64,000 bases of DNA from Squalus acanthias (lineage: Eukaryota), in assembly GCA_030390025.1 (NCBI GenBank), contig CM059433.1:26848001-26912000 (forward strand). The letters run 5' to 3'. Positions 61,376 through 64,000 of this stretch are shown here, piece after piece. The position numbers and the translations under genes were made by a program. Position 1 is the stretch's first letter. Every line of letters begins with the position of its first letter. The notes below the pieces were generated by a model, which searched no databases, had not been told where the DNA came from, and saw only the letters and a program-made list of their open reading frames with translations.

Positions 61376-64000
61376 GTTTTTTAAATTTGTTTATGGGATC
61401 AGGGCATCGCTGGCGATGCCAGCATTTATTGCCCATCCCTAGTTGCCCTTGAGAAGGTGGTGGTGAGCCGCCTTCTTGAACCGCTGCAGTCCGTGTGGTG
61501 AAGGTACTCCCACAGTGCTGTTAGGTAGGGAGTTCCAGGATTTTGACCCAGCGACGATGAAGGATCGGCGATATACTTCTAAGTCAGGATGGTGTGTGAC
61601 TTGGAGGGGAACTTAGAGGTGGTGGTGTTCCAATGCGCCTGCTGCCCTTGTCCTTCTAGGTGGAAGAGGTCGTGGGTTTGGGAGGTGCTGCTGAAGAAGC
61701 CTTGGCGAGTTGCTGCAGTGCATCTTATAGATGGTACACACTGCAGCCACGGTACGCCGGTGGTGGAGGGAGTGACTGTTTAAGGTGGTGGATGGGGTGC
61801 CAATCAAGTGGGCTGCTTTGTCCTGGATGGTGTCGAGCTTCTTGAGTGTTGTTGGAGCTGCACTCATCCAGGCAAGTGGAGAGTATTCCATCTCACTCCT
61901 TACATGTGCCTTGTGGATGGTGGAAAGGCTTTGGGGAGTCAGGAGGTGAGACACTCACCGCAGAATACCTAGCCTCTGACCTGCTCTTGTTGCCACAGTA
62001 TTTATGTGGCTGGTCCAGTTAAGTTTCTGGTTAATGGTGACCCCCAGGATATTGATAGTGGGGGATTCGGCGATGGTAATGCCATTGAATGTCAAGGGGA
62101 GGTGGTTAGACTCTCGCTTGTTGGAGATAGTCATTGCCTGGCACTTCTGTGGCACGAATGTTTTCTGCCACTTATCAGCCCAAGCCTGAACGTCATCCAG
62201 GTCTTGTTGCATGAGGACATGGACTGCTTCATTATCTATGGAGTTGCGAATGGCGCTGAACACTGTGCAGTCATCAGCGAACATCCCCATTTCTGACCTT
62301 ATGTTGGAGGGAAGGTCATTGATGAAGCAGCTGAAGATGGTTGGGCCTAGGACACAGCCCTGAGGAACTCCTGGGGCTGTGATGATTGACCTTCAACCAC
62401 CACAACCATCTTCCTTTGTGCTAGGTATGACTCCAGCCAGTGGAGCGTTTTCCCCCTGATTCCAGTTTTATTAGGGCTCCTTCATGTCAGACTCGCTCAA
62501 ATGCTGCCCTGATGTCAAGGGCAGTCACTCTCACCTCACCTCTGGAATTCAGCTCCTTTGTCCATGTTTGGACTCAAGGCTCTAATAAGGCCGGGAGCCG
62601 AGTGGTCTTGGCAGAACCCAAACTGGGCATCAGTGAACAGGTTATTGGTGAGTAAGTGCCACTTGATAGCACTGTCGATGACAACTTCCATCACTTTGCT
62701 GATGATTGAGAGTAGACTGATGGGGCGGTAATTGGCCGGGTTGGATTTGTCCTGCTTTTTGTGGACAGGACATACCTGGGCAGTTTTCCACATTGTTGGA
62801 TAGATGCCAGTGTTGTAGCTGTACTGGAACAGCTTCGCTAAAGGCGCGGCTAGTTCTGGAACACAAGTCTTCAGCACGATAGCCGGGATGTTGTCGGGGC
62901 CCATAGCCTTTGCTGTATCCAGTGCGCTCAGCCGCTTCTTGATATCACGTGGAGTGAATCAAATTGGCTGAAGAATGGCTTCTGTGATGGTGGGGACCTC
63001 AGGAGGAGGCCGATATGGATGATCCAGTCGGCACTTCTGGCTAAAGATGGTTGCAAATGCTTCAGCCTTGTCTTTTGCACTCACGTGCTGGGCTCCACCA
63101 TCATTGAGGATGGGGTTATTCATGGAGCCTCCTCCTCCCGTTAGTTGTTTAATGGTCCACCACTATTCACGACTGGATGTGGCAGGACTGCAGAGCTTTA
63201 ATCTGATCCGTTGATTGTGGGATCGCTTAGCCTTGTCTATAGCATGCTGCTTCCACTTTTTAGCATGCATGTAGTCCTGTGTTGCAGCTTCCCCAGGTTG
63301 GCACCTCATTTTTAGGTACGCCTGGTGCTGCTCCTGGCATGCTCTTCTACACTCGTTGTTGAACCAGGGTTGGTCCCCTGGCTTGATGGTAATGGTAGAG
63401 TGAGGGATATGCCGGGCCATGAGGTTACAGATTGTGGTGGAATACAATTCTGCTGCTGCTGATGGCCCACAGCGCCTCATGGATGCTCAGTTTTGAGCTG
63501 CTAGATCTGTTCTGAATCTATCTGATTTAGCACGGTGGTAGTGCCACACAACACGATGGAGGGTGTCCTCAGTGTGAAGACAGGACTTCGTCTCCACAAT
63601 GATTGTGCGGTGGTCACTGCTACCAATGCGGTCATGGACAGATGCATCTGCAACAGGTAGATTTTTGAGGACGAGGTCAAGTAGGATTTTCCCTCTTGTT
63701 GGTTCTCTCACCACCTGTCACAGGCCTGGACTGGCAGTTGTGTCCTTCAGGACTCGACCAGTAGTGGTGCTACCGAGCCACTCTTGCTGATGGACATTGA
63801 ACTCCCCCACCCAGAGTACATTCTGTGCCCTTGCTACTCTCAGTGCTTCTTCCAAGTGGTGTTCAACATGGAGGAGTACTGATTCATCAGCTGAGGGAGG
63901 GCAGTAGGTGGTAATCAGCAGGAGGTTTCCTTGCCCATGCTTGACCTGAAGCCATGAGACTTCATGGGGTCCAGAGTCAATGTTGAGGACTCCCAGGGCC
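61376..64000 (-). mobile_element. Second copy of the single-ORF LINE family (5' end lies beyond the window)
   Basis: Colinear with 46141-50355; ORF pieces with GPDNIP, NYRPISLLS, MFADD and SLHHRRTVA. Confidence 0.92.

Noticed and set aside
1..64000. The many 60-200 aa ORFs in the track, such as 23502..24017, 33632..34174 and 57483..57977
   Set aside because: Most are antisense, off-frame or decayed readings of transposons; this is intron-containing eukaryotic DNA, not operons.

Overview
Eukaryotic, repeat-dominated DNA, inferred to come from a cartilaginous fish (shark) because of its mix of esterase-ORF1 CR1 LINEs, Deu-domain tRNA SINEs, Harbinger elements and Penelope elements. Most of the window is nested retroelements (CR1, L2, RTE, Tx1/L1, Penelope) and Harbinger transposon remnants and MITEs. 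No complete host gene is visible; the best candidate is a signal-peptide exon at 52704-52779 near STAT, AP-1 and NF-kB motifs. Main results: (1) a ~3.2-kb single-ORF APE-RT LINE (46141-50977, second copy from 61376) starts with a tRNA-like A/B-box head and, by manual scan, has no TTTT on its sense strand, suggesting an RNA polymerase III-transcribed LINE, with a deletion-derived SINE at 994-1314; (2) a decayed 5S rDNA array (30105-36732) has CTCF-like spacer sites and is interrupted by Penelope, Tx1 and RTE insertions; (3) a near-perfect 394-bp palindrome built from a Penelope terminal repeat carries hammerhead ribozyme cores and a 15-bp TSD. Family names come from recognised motifs, not database searches. 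Boundaries are approximate except where TSDs or TIRs are given.
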